DNA of 63,867 nt, filler included, from Thraustochytrium aureum (taxonomy: Eukaryota): the NCBI GenBank assembly GCA_012862495.1. It is 5 parts of 5 records of this genome, joined end to end, with 100 filler letters (N's around TTAATTAATTAA, not from the genome) between each part and the next. Parts side by side here need not be neighbours in the genome. Positions count along the whole stretch, not along the records: positions 1 to 28,599 come from BLSG01000271.1; positions 28,700 to 49,253 come from BLSG01000272.1; 3 more parts are not named here. The stretch is one strand, 5' to 3'. Each line of letters begins with the position of its first letter. Position 1 is the first letter of the stretch. Below the pieces are notes generated by a model. It saw only the letters and a program-made list of their open reading frames with translations. It did not search any database and was not told the DNA's origin. This document shows, piece by piece, positions 23,020-33,401 of this stretch. A program made the position numbers and the translations under genes.

Positions 23020-23832
23020 TTACATAAATCGCGCGTCGTCCGTTCGGCCGGTCGTTCCAAACTGCTGAACGAGGTGAAGCACGCTCCCAAAGCAGAGCTC
23101 CACGTTGGGCGCGTCGTTCAAAGTTCGGTTGTTGAGAACGAGGCGAAACGAGTCGCGCGACAGAGACCAAACCTCCTCGATTTTCTCCAATACCTGCTCC
23201 ACGCGCACGACGTTGACCACGTCGTCGGCCTCAAAGTCCAGCACAACGACCCTGCCGTCAAGCCCCTTGATGTGAACATGCGGACGAGCACGGCGCCGCT
23301 TCCCAGCCGCAGGGATACCGCCAATTTGAGGATTGGTTCGCGTTGGAACGCGAGCGGCTTGGCGTGACTGCGCATCGGGGCAGACGCTTTCCTGGAACTG
23401 CTGGTACCCGTAGTGGTGAGCAGTCTCCCCGGCGGATTGGCCGCCGGCGGTTTCGCGGATTGGTGGCCTCCCAGGGTCACTCGTCTGCCGCCAGAGGGGG
23501 CCGGACGCTGCGCCGGTCAGCTGCGACTGCCCCTCGCCGTACGTCTGTGCGGAAACGTTTCGGCCCAACTGGCCCGGTCGCATGGAGCTCCATTGCTGCA
23601 TGAAAGCTGCCGCATTGCGTCCACTTGCTTCCCCTGCGTTCCCTTGCGCTGCGAGCTGGGACTGCTGAGCACGGATCTTGCTCAAAAGGTACTGCTGTTG
23701 CACAAAGCCGCGCGGGTCGTGCGCACTCGCGTGTAGCCCTTGCGCGCTAGGTCCACCGAGCGCCGGCGAGACGCACAGGTTCCTCCTCAGGCTATCGAGC
23801 TCCCAGACGCGTTCCCGTTCGTCCCTGTCCAT
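23020..23832 (-). CDS. Low-complexity protein with a C-terminal ubiquitin-like domain
   Basis: HVHIKGLDGRVVVLDFE...VLEKIEEVWSLSRDSFRLVLNNRTLND...FGSVLHLV follows the ubiquitin-fold pattern; no terminal di-Gly. Confidence 0.65.
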   Translation of the reverse strand: MDRDERERVWELDSLRRNLCVSPALGGPSAQGLHASAHDPRGFVQQQYLLSKIRAQQSQLAAQGNAGEASGRNAAAFMQQWSSMRPGQLGRNVSAQTYGEGQSQLTGAASGPLWRQTSDPGRPPIRETAGGQSAGETAHHYGYQQFQESVCPDAQSRQAARVPTRTNPQIGGIPAAGKRRRARPHVHIKGLDGRVVVLDFEADDVVNVVRVEQVLEKIEEVWSLSRDSFRLVLNNRTLNDAPNVELCFGSVLHLVQQFGTTGRTDDARFM

Positions 23833-24644
23833 CACCTTGCGCTTCCGTCCGCCGCGCGGCCCATCGGCGCGCCGCGCGTTGCCCTCGCCGCTCCACGGCA
23901 GCAGCTCCCGGGTCGCCCCGGCCGACGGGTGTAATGGTAGGTATGTACGAGGAGGAGACCGAGCACGAAGTAGTCGTAGAGTACTCGAGTAGGCCTACTT
24001 GGAGGAGTACTTGAGTGCTCTGCGCAGGTGCTCTACTTGGGTCGCGGGTCAATAGGGGCCGGCTCCGAGGCACAAGCGCCGCGCGGCGCTCCTGCGCGGG
24101 GCACAAATCGAGGGTCTCTGCTGGTGTAGTGAGTGAGCGCGGTTGTTCGTTCGTTTGTTTGTCTTCAATGTCTTGTTCGATCGATGGATTGGAGACGGCC
24201 TGGTGCCGTTCGTTGTCGGGCCAAGTCTCATCAGCCTCCGCCGCCTGCTGTTGGCGACGCCCTCGGCTGAGCGTCGCCGCCGCGGCTGCCGGTCGATGCA
24301 TGAATCGTGCGCTGCTGCTCCAGTGCGAGGCTGGTGCTCACGCAACCTCCTCCACTCCACTCTACTCCACTCGCGAGGGTTATACCCTGGCTCTCGGCGT
24401 TGCTCGAAGTGACACCGTGCCCGGCGGGCAGACCCGCATCGATTCCGTGCTGCTGCTCCGCAGCTGGCGCTCGAGCAGGGGCTTGACGAGGTGGAGACGG
24501 CGGAGCTCGTCAAGGCGGTGCTCGAGGCGGACGCGCCAGTCGGGGAAGGCTGGCAGGGCGAGTCCGGAAAGGGACGAGGCTCGGAACTTGGGCCAAGTCT
24601 GCCCGAAGCAGCGCCGTACGAGAAGTCTGTCTTGGCCCAGCAGG

Positions 24645-26696
24645 ATGCAGCGGTTTGAGAGCTCGAGCGTGGCGATCGACAGCGCGACGGAACTGCCCCG
24701 GCAGACCGCGCACGACGGCGAGCTCGAAAATGATGTGGTCCCCGTCGTTGAGGAACAGGACGGGACGCTTGCAGCGGCCGCTGGAGCGGAGAAAGCGGGC
24801 GGCGCGAACAGACTCGGGCGCTCGACCTGATGCGCGGACTAATCATGATCATCATGAGCTGGGACCACACGTAAGTTGAGGCTGCCAAGGAACAAGGAGG
24901 ACCCGCCGTGCAGGGCCGGCCGCTGACCGATCACGCCCTGGTGGGACGGACGTGCAGCAAGGACATTTTTGCCGATGCGGCGTGGTCGCCAAAGCACAGC
25001 GGACGAGAGGGGTGGAACGGCCCGTTCGCGTCGTACGACAACAACTGGTGGTGGTTTATTGCGCGCGCAGTCTCCAATGTGTGCGCGCCGGGATTCTTCC
25101 TGACGATGGGCATGTCGATGTCACTCTTCACAATTACTCGCGCGGGCCAAGGTTGGGGCGCTGCGGCGATTGCCAAGCACTTTGCGGTGCGCAGCGTAGT
25201 CCTCCTTGCTGTGGGCCGCCTGGTGGATGCGCCCTTCATGCTGGCTGTGATCGTCAGGGTGTTCAAAGGCGACACCGTTCCAACCTGGAACGGGTCGTAC
25301 GGGCCGGGCAACAAGATGGCAGCTGTGCGCGACGCGTTCATCGGGATCTTCGAGGTGATGACCGGGCTGGGCCTCACCATGCTGACCGCGCTGGTTGTAC
25401 TCGGGCCGCTGTATTGGTTGTACAAGCGGGAGGCAAGCAAGGACGACAACGAAACCGAGTGGACGCAGTCGGCCCGAGAGGCGCTGCTGCCCCGCGCTAC
25501 ACGAGACAACGTGGACCAAGCAGAGACTGGCGAGACAGAGGGCCGCGCGAACGCGGGGTGGTTTGCCCGCGCGGCGTGGCACAGCCTGACGAAGGCCGAG
25601 ATCGCGAGCTACTTTGTGTTTGCCACCGTTTACGCTGTTAGCAACATTGTTGTTGTCACCGCGCAGGGCGACAGCTTCTTCTTGGACAAGAACGCGACGC
25701 AGGCTGTGTTCCCTGACTTTAACGCCCATGCGACGTCGGTTGGCGAGACCTTGGCGCGGTTCTTTGTGATCCCGGGGCTTTTGCCCGCGCCGTTCGGCGC
25801 TGCGTCGTACCCCGTATTCCCGTGGCTCGCGCTCACTTCGCTTGGGATTGGGATCGGGTTTTCGCTCAAGCGCAACACGGCGGACACGATTAACCGGCTC
25901 GGCCTCATGTCGGTCGCGTTCCTCTGCTCCTTTGTGCTCGTTCGCCATTTCGGCGGCAAGTTTGGCAACTACCGCGGCCTCCCACGCGGCGACGGCCAGC
26001 GCGCCGAGGACGAAGTGCATGTGGACAAGTTGCTCGCGTTTTTCATTATGAGCAAGTACCCGCCGAGCCTGTCGTTTGCGTTTTTCTACGTGGGCATCGA
26101 TCTGTCGTTCATTTTTGCGTTTTTCCAGTCGATGGACTGGTTCCCGCTCGCTTCGCAGCATGGAACGCGTGGCGTGACGGGCATACTCCNNNNNNNNNNN
26201 NNNNNNNNNNNNNNNNNNNNNNNNNNNNNNNNNNNNNNNNNNNNNNNNNNNNNNNNNNNNNNNNNNNNNNNNNNNNNNNNNNNNNNNNNNNNNNNNNNNN
26301 NNNNNNNNNNNNNNNNNNNNNNNNNNNNNNNNNNNNNNNNNNNNNNNNNNNNNNNNNNNNNNNNNNNNNNNNNNNNNNNNNNNNNNNNNNNNNNNNNNNN
26401 NNNNNNNNNNNNNNNNNNNNNNNNNNNNNNNNNNNNNNNNNNNNNNNNNNNNNNNNNNNNNNNNNNNNNNNNNNNNNNNNNNNNNNNNNNNNNNNNNNNN
26501 NNNNNNNNATCCTGCACTTTGGGTACTTGGCCCTGCTTCCGCGGTTGCGGCAGCGTTCACGGACGATTACAAGGTCTCCTTGCCGGCCTGCGTGGGGATG
26601 TGGGTCTGCCTCCTGGCGTTGCTCTGGCCCGCATGCGTGCGATATGGTGCGTTCAAGCGGACAACGGCGCGAGACTCTGTTTGGCGCTTGCTATGA
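24645..26696 (+). CDS. DUF1624/HGSNAT-catalytic-like multi-pass membrane acyltransferase (intron 24871-24957; frameshifts near 24817 and 26540; internal gap)
   Basis: RLGALDLMRGLIMIIMSWDHTKD after frame correction and splicing (GTAAGT...GCTGAC...TGCAG). Also SNVCAPGFFLTMGMS, YPVFPWL, SKYPPSL and C-terminal LWPACVRYGAFKR...WRLL*. Confidence 0.8.
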
Positions 26697-26994
26697 GTTG
26701 CTTCGCAGCAACGCGAGCCGACGCGTGCGCGCAAACCAGGACAGAACTGATGATGATCACTTTCATTTTGTTTCTTCTCCTGAAAGCAATACAAAATACA
26801 ACAACAACTACAACAACAAAACAACTATAGCTCAGACGCCAGGACAAGTTGGAGCTAGGCTACCACAAACAGCCAGACCCCCTCCTGGCCGCGCCGTATT
26901 CGCCTTTCGAGCTGGTCCAATCTGGTTGCACCAAAAAATCTTGTATGGTAGAGTACCTGCAGAGCGAGAGCGAGGCAGTTGGCTTGATCATTCG

Positions 26995-27837
26995 CTACGC
27001 AGCCTTGTCGACGATCACTTCAGGCATGACATACTTGGTCGGCTTGAGGTGCACCTCATGGCCATCCGCGTAGCAACGCAGCACAATCCCAGTGGAAACG
27101 CTCGACCAAAAGGTCAGGCTCACGAAGACGTGCCAAAACGCGTGAAGCGGCACGCCGGGCAGGATGCGCCCCATTTCCTCGCAGGCAAAGCGGTCGAGCA
27201 GCCAGCAAGTGAAGGCGATGCCGAACGAGCCCAGGGTGATGCCAAAGAGCCCCTTGGCCGCTTTGCGCGCCTTCGGCGAGCTCTCGTAGTACTCTTGGAA
27301 AAAGGTAAGTAGAACGATCGGGATCCACGAGATGCAAAACACGTGCGAAAGGACTGGATAGAGGATACATGCCAGAGATGAGCCCACCGTGATCGCCACG
27401 AAGAAGGGCGGCGCGAACACGATCTGTCGGACTCGCGGGTTCCACTTGGCTGGCGGCTTGAGCATAAAGCACCCAAACATCGCCAAGAGGCTGATGGGCA
27501 GCTCGTCCATGACCTGGCCTGCAATGCTCAACGTGCCGTGGAAGAGCGTCGAGCCGACGCCCACCAGAACCATCACAGCCCACAGAAGGTAGATCCCCGG
27601 CTCGTGCTCGTGCACCTTGCCATCAATAAACCGCGGCGCAATGAACGCGACCGCGACGAGGCACAGCGAGCTCAGCGAGTTCCAAAACTCGACGACGTAC
27701 TCTGTCACGGCATAGTTTTCCTCGCACCAGTCGATCGGCGACGACAACGGCTTGAACGAGGCCGCCAGCGCGCGCCGCTGCTCGTACGCCACCCAGGCGC
27801 ACCCGAACAGGAAAAAACCCAACGCGTAGCGCTCCAT
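26995..27837 (-). CDS. Alkaline ceramidase (CREST superfamily, ACER-like)
   Basis: SSPIDWCEENY..TEYVVEFWNSLS, GSTLFHGTL, QVMDELP, HAFWHVF; 7TM pattern. Confidence 0.93.
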   Translation of the reverse strand: MERYALGFFLFGCAWVAYEQRRALAASFKPLSSPIDWCEENYAVTEYVVEFWNSLSSLCLVAVAFIAPRFIDGKVHEHEPGIYLLWAVMVLVGVGSTLFHGTLSIAGQVMDELPISLLAMFGCFMLKPPAKWNPRVRQIVFAPPFFVAITVGSSLACILYPVLSHVFCISWIPIVLLTFFQEYYESSPKARKAAKGLFGITLGSFGIAFTCWLLDRFACEEMGRILPGVPLHAFWHVFVSLTFWSSVSTGIVLRCYADGHEVHLKPTKYVMPEVIVDKAA

Positions 27838-28599
27838 CCGGCCTTTTTCCTCGCGCACCCGCCTTCCTTTGCCTCGTTGCTTTGCCTTTCTCGCCGCTCG
27901 GCACGCGCGTTGCAGGCTCTTGCGCTCGAATCGAGCCGCGTGAACGGGCTTTGCCGAGGGCACTCAACATGAACTGAGCGCACCGCGAGTTTGTACGCAG
28001 CCAGGCAGCCCAGCCTGCATGCGGCCCGACGCGCCGCTCTCCGGGATGGGACTGATGATGACTGGGAAGGAGGGCTGGCTCGCTGCAACGCGAGCACCTG
28101 GGCCCCGACGAAGCTACGCGAGTAGGAGCAAGTACCACCACTCGCGAGCCCGTTCCCCCTCGGCCTGGCAAAGGTGGTGATGAGTGTCATCCATGTCCAC
28201 GGTGATCGGCAGCACCTGCGCAATCGGCAGCCCCACGCTGGAGGGAAGTACTTTCTGCGCTCGAGCACCCACATTGTTCATGCTCGACCGGGCCTGGCAG
28301 CTACGACTGCAGCTGCAGCGCTATGGACTCGAGCAGGTACGCAACGTACATACTCGCGCTGTACCTACCACTCGAGTCGCAGTCGTCGCGTCGCGCGAGT
28401 TCTCACACCACGCGAGCCACGCCTGGGCTGGCCAGCCTGACCAAGCCACGAGCGCGGCAGGCGCACACCTCCGCAGAACGCCAGGACGCGGCGGCGCACA
28501 GAACCAGAGCGGACCCAGCGTTTCAGCTGTTCGCTGCGTCCCATGCACGGACCTTCTGCGTCCCATGCGCGGACCTGGTCCTGCCCACTCTCGCAGCCC

Positions 28600-28699
28600 N
28601 NNNNNNNNNNNNNNNNNNNNNNNNNNNNNNNNNNNNNNNNNNNTTAATTAATTAANNNNNNNNNNNNNNNNNNNNNNNNNNNNNNNNNNNNNNNNNNNN
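28600..28699. other. Artificial scaffold linker (44N-TTAATTAATTAA-44N)
   Basis: Identical 100-bp construct occurs four times; the 12-mer gives stops in all six frames. Confidence 0.95.
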
Positions 28700-29222
28700 T
28701 AGCGCCGACGTGCCACCTACGAGCTCAGCTTGGGCCGCGTCGAGAGAATGGCGTGGTTTTGCGGCATTGATGAAGGCATACTGGTCCGCAGGCAACCGAG
28801 ACTTGGGCCCTGCACCTCGCCCGCTGCTAGCCTTTGGTTCTCGGTCCTGCGGTTGCTTTACCTGTCATTGTGGAGTCGTCGAAGCACTTGACATAGTCCA
28901 GCGCAGGGCCGTTCGCTGCGCAGCGGCCCTTGTTGTTTACCAGTCTTTTGTTGGAGATCGATGGCAACATTGGCGCATGAGAAGGCTGCACTGCTCGAGC
29001 GAATTGCGCTAAGATGTCAAGGCAGGGCCAGGCGGGCTCTTATTTAAAGAATGGACAGTGACATGACATCGGTTTGGGTTTATCAGGCAAATATTCGGTG
29101 ACCAGGGCAGGGGGCCGCGGCGGCGGGGAGCAGTGGCAGTCCTTCAAGGACCGGCATCGCTAGCCGCGCAGCTGCGTACGTACAGAGTGTGTGAGGGAGG
29201 CGCTTTTGCGGCGTGGCGAGGC

Positions 29223-29800
29223 TCATGCAACGAGCTCGCGCACCTGGCGCAGGAGCTTGCCTGACCCGGAGCTGCGCAGTCTTTCCCGCACGTCGATCTC
29301 CAGGCGGCTCATCTCCGGCTTGGCCGTCGGTGCGGGCACCACATCCTCGCAATCCTTGGTCTCCTCGTCGTCCCTCAGCTCAAGCGCAGCCAATTGCTGC
29401 TCGAGATCTGGGCGCAGGTTGCGGTGCAACCGAGCGAGCCAGTTGTCGCCGGCGGGAGCGGCCTTGCGCGCCTCGACAACGGCCTCGGCGACTGCCTCGA
29501 CCTCCTTGTCCTTCTTGATCACAAGCCCGGGCTGGGCGTGGGCTCGAACCTGGCGTCCACAATCATCCTTCTTGCTTCGCAGTATTGCGTCTCTCGCGCT
29601 TGCTGCGCTTGCTCGTGCGGCTTGTCGTCCGTCTGCTCACCGGTAGATGGTTCGCGTGTGGGATGCGTGTGGGTCGCGTTCGGTGTTTGCCGCCCTGCCG
29701 TCGCTGCGCTGTGGCTCTGCCACTGAGCAGACCACGTTTTTTGTTGGCCGGCACGTGATCGATGTGCGCGAGCTCAATTTCGCGCCACACGTACAAAATC
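29223..29800 (-). CDS. Possible hypothetical protein fragment (likely intron and/or frameshift)
   Basis: ORF 29223-29522 is protein-like (KEVEAVAEAVVEARK...LEQQLAALELR); candidate GTGAGC donor near 29641. Structure not resolved. Confidence 0.3.
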
Positions 29801-30807
29801 AGGACAAAAGGGCCGTGCCCACTCACAACTGCCCTGTGCCCCGCAAAACCCGCCCACGCCAAAACCCGGCGTGCGTCCCACAGCCCCTCTTTGCGCTCCC
29901 GCCGGACAAGCAAGCAAGCAAGCAAGCGAGCAAGCAAGCAAGCGAGCGAGCGAGCGAGCGCGCCACTTATGGCGCGAAGCCACCTGCACGCCATCGGCAA
30001 GTAGTTCAACGCGGGCGCGAAAGTACCCTCCCTCCAGCCTGCCTGCAGCTGAGGCCGCCATGAAGCAGTGCGCAAGCCTTGCTGGCTAGTGGCAAGCGCC
30101 CAGGCAGCCAGGATGCAAGGCAGGCAAGGCTGGCAAGGCTGGCTGCCGCCAGACGTGCTCGTGTGCCCGCCCATCCATGTTGAACGCGCGCAACGCGCTG
30201 CAAGGCTGCTTGCTCGACCATCATCGCTGGAGAGAGTGGACTCGCGCACGCCCAGGACGCGGCACCAGACGCCGCGCAACCACGCATGTATTACATACGG
30301 CGGACGCGTGGTCGCCTCGTACAGGACCTGGCAATGTCCCCCATAATAGAGGGGCACACAACGTGTACTTCGGTGGAAAACAACAACAACAACTTGAACT
30401 CTAGCTAGGCCTACAACAACAACAGCCAACACGAGCTACTCAGCGCCCTCCTTGCGCGCGATGTGAGGGCGCCGGAGGGGGCGCAAGCTAGTGGGCGAAA
30501 GCCCGAAATGGGACCAGCGCGGCGCGAGACACGGCGGCATTCCGCTTGGTGTGTGGGGACGGGGCCAGAATTCGATGCATGACGAGCGAGTGCGCTACGG
30601 CACGTGCGGGCGCCCACTGCTAAACACCCAACCAGCCGGTCGCAATGCAAGGCGCGGCCGCGCAGAGGCGCACGCACAGCAGCCGAGGCTGCCCTCGCCC
30701 AACGCTGGGCCCGCTGCGGCAGTGCGCCCGCGCCGTGGAGCAACAAAGGGCGGTGCGAGGCGGGCTCAATCATCACTAGTTGAGAAGCTATCAAGGTCGG
30801 TCACGCG

Positions 30808-31720
30808 TCAGCAGCACTTGTCCTCCTGCTTGGCGGTTGCGCCATTCCCGATGACAACCGAGCGGCCGTAGTCCTCCTCGTCGTCGATCGTCTTGAAATG
30901 GTTGTGCACGTTCACGACGAGCGTTTCGAAGGCGCGAGCAACGTTCTCGCCGGTCTTGGCGGAGGTGCGCATCGACAAGAGCTTGTGCTCCTCGCAAGCG
31001 CTGTTGTGCAGCGACTCGGAAATGTACTGGCCAACCTCGAGCTCGTCTTCGAGGTCAATTTTGTTGCCGACGAGCATGATGCAAGAGAGCAGCCCCCGCT
31101 CCTTGTCGGCAGCCTCTTTGAGGTCGCTTAGCCACGTCTCGAGTGCGTTGTGAAACGACTTGCGGTTGGCCACATCGTAGACGAGGATTGCCCCCGCTGC
31201 GCGACGGTAGTGGCTCGTCGTGATGGCTGCGCGTGGGCGGGCCGGGGGGGGCGAGCGGCAGTCAGCGTCCGTCTGCCCTGACGCGCTGGGCCATGGCCCC
31301 ACTTACCGCGATACCGCTCCTGGCCGGCGGTGTCCCAGATCTGCGTCCTGATGCGCGTTCCGTCTGGGTGGACGATTGTCTTGGTGCCAAACTCTACGCC
31401 GATCGTCGGCTTGCGCATCTCGTGGAAGGTGGAGACCACCTTGCCTTTCTCGGGCGCGCCGTTCTCCGCGTTGCGCGTAAAGCACGCTAGCAAATTCGTC
31501 TTGCCCACACTTGCGTCACCAACTAATACAACTGCTCGCCGGGCAACGCGTCAGCGGGCCGGGCCAGGCGAGCGGGCCGATTCGCAGCGCCAGTGCGGCC
31601 ACCCGCCACCCGCCACGCACCGCGCGGCCAGCGGCCGCACTCGCCGCCTTCATGACGCGCACCAGCCGCGTCCGCGCAACCTCGCCACTTACTCTTGTAC
31701 AGCACATCAAACTCTTCCAT
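30808..31720 (-). CDS. Rab GTPase, Rab11/Rab11B-like; exons 31720-31693, 31531-31307, 31226-30808
   Basis: Spliced product [24 protein letters not shown]...[10 protein letters not shown]...[29 protein letters not shown]...GNKIDL...TSAKTGENV...CC*. Both introns read GTAAGT...GCTGAC...CAG and restore the frame. Confidence 0.93.
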
Positions 31721-32804
31721 CTTGGCCGCGGGGCCACCACCACCAAGCGCCTCACCGTCCGCGTNNNNNNNNNNNNNNNNNNNNNNNNNNNNNNNNNNNN
31801 NNNNNNNNNNNNNNNNNNNNNNNNNNNNNNNNNNNNNNNNNNNNNNNNNNNNNNNNNNNNNNNNNNNNNNNNNNNNNNNNNNNNNNNNNNNNNNNNNNNN
31901 NNNNNNNNNNNNNNNNNNNNNNNNNNNNNNNNNNNNNNNNNNNNNNNNNNNNNNNNNNNNNNNNNGCTCGCTGCCTTGGCGCGCAGGTATGCTCTGCGCC
32001 TGCGGCCGCGGTCCGTAAGCGCTTGCTCGGCGCCCGCGCGGCTCTCTCGCGCACCGCACGCTGCCTGCCCGCCTGCTCCTCTGCTGCTGCCTGCTGCCTC
32101 CTCACTCACTCTTTTGCCTGCTCCTTCACCGTTGATTGATTGATCATCAAATCAACATCGACCAAGATCAGAGATGACCATCATCCATCGACAATCATCA
32201 CTGCAAGGAGCCTCTGGAGCTCCAGAGTATCTCCGAGAGCGAGCGACGCCGCCGATCGATTGACCGCTGCCTCTCTCGAGGCGGCGCGCGGGCGCGCGGG
32301 CGGGCAGGCCACCGTGGCGACGGCTGCCTGGCTGGCTGCCCGCCTGGCTGCCTCGCTGGCGCGGTGGGCTCGCGTGTGCTGGAGCGAGGGAGCGCTGGGA
32401 GTGAGGAAATGCGCGAGCGGCGGTTTCAGCCTCGCATCAACTGCGCAGCGAAGGATCGACTCTACGCGGGGATACTTGGTATCGACGAGACCGTCGCTGT
32501 TGCTGCCGAGTGCGCCCACCGCCCTCCTTGGCCATTCGCAACTCGCGGAGGGCGGCGGCAGACCCCGCGAGCCACGCCAGCCGTCGCCAGCGCGCTCGTC
32601 AGCGGCAAGCACCGACCAATCTCGCCAGTCGCCATCGCCATCACCAGCGTCGTTAGCAGCCGCAGCAGCGGGAGCAGCGGCTGGAGCAGCGGCTGGTGTT
32701 GCTGCGAGAAAGCGCAAGACGACCCTGGAGCGCGGCGGCGGCCAGGCTGTGAGCAAGAGGACTGGGCGGGCGGATAGAGCGCGCGGAGAAGGCTTGCTGG
32801 GACG

Positions 32805-33125
32805 ATGTCGACGCCAGAGCCGCCGAGAACCCCCGAGGGGCAGCGGCCCCTCTTGCACAGGAGGCCGGGGGAGTCGGTGCTGTTCGACGGCGACAACCAA
32901 GTGACAGTGCGGAAGCACGTCTGCAACGAGCTGCTCGTGGACCTGTTGCACAAAATAACAGACCTCGACGCCAGTGGGTCCAAGACCAGGTTCTCTGAGC
33001 TTTTCCAGTGCATTAGGCAGCACGGCCTTTTTGAGAACTGGGCCAGTGTCGAGCGTGGCCATCTCAAGGAAACCGAGGCGATCGCGGCGGACCAGATGGC
33101 GCGCTGGCAGGAACGCACTGACTGA
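32805..33125 (+). CDS. Hypothetical protein (may extend upstream through frameshifts to about 32410)
   Basis: ATG-TGA ORF with globular-looking composition; no family recognised. Confidence 0.35.
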   Translation: MSTPEPPRTPEGQRPLLHRRPGESVLFDGDNQVTVRKHVCNELLVDLLHKITDLDASGSKTRFSELFQCIRQHGLFENWASVERGHLKETEAIAADQMARWQERTD

Positions 33126-33401
33126 GTGTTTCTTGACCGAGTTCCAACCCACCTCTCGTGGGGCTCGCTTCTCTCTAGAGCTAGAGAGCGACAGCTGATG
33201 GAGGAGCCAACGGGCTCGAGCGTTTGCTTCCCGCAGCCTGGTCAGAGCTCCACGCGCGTCGCAGAGGACGTGCGACTCTTCTGAATTGAACTGATTCCTA
33301 GCTTGCCAGCGCGGCAAAGTCACAGTGCAGCAAGGCCCGCTCCTTGTTTGCCTACGTAATTATGTATGTTGATTGACGCGTGCGTCGCAGCCGCCCGCTA
33401 A

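Noticed and set aside
28644..28655. TTAATTAATTAA as a biological motif (PacI-like site or piggyBac TTAA target)
   Set aside because: Always flanked by exactly 44 Ns on each side, so it is an assembly linker
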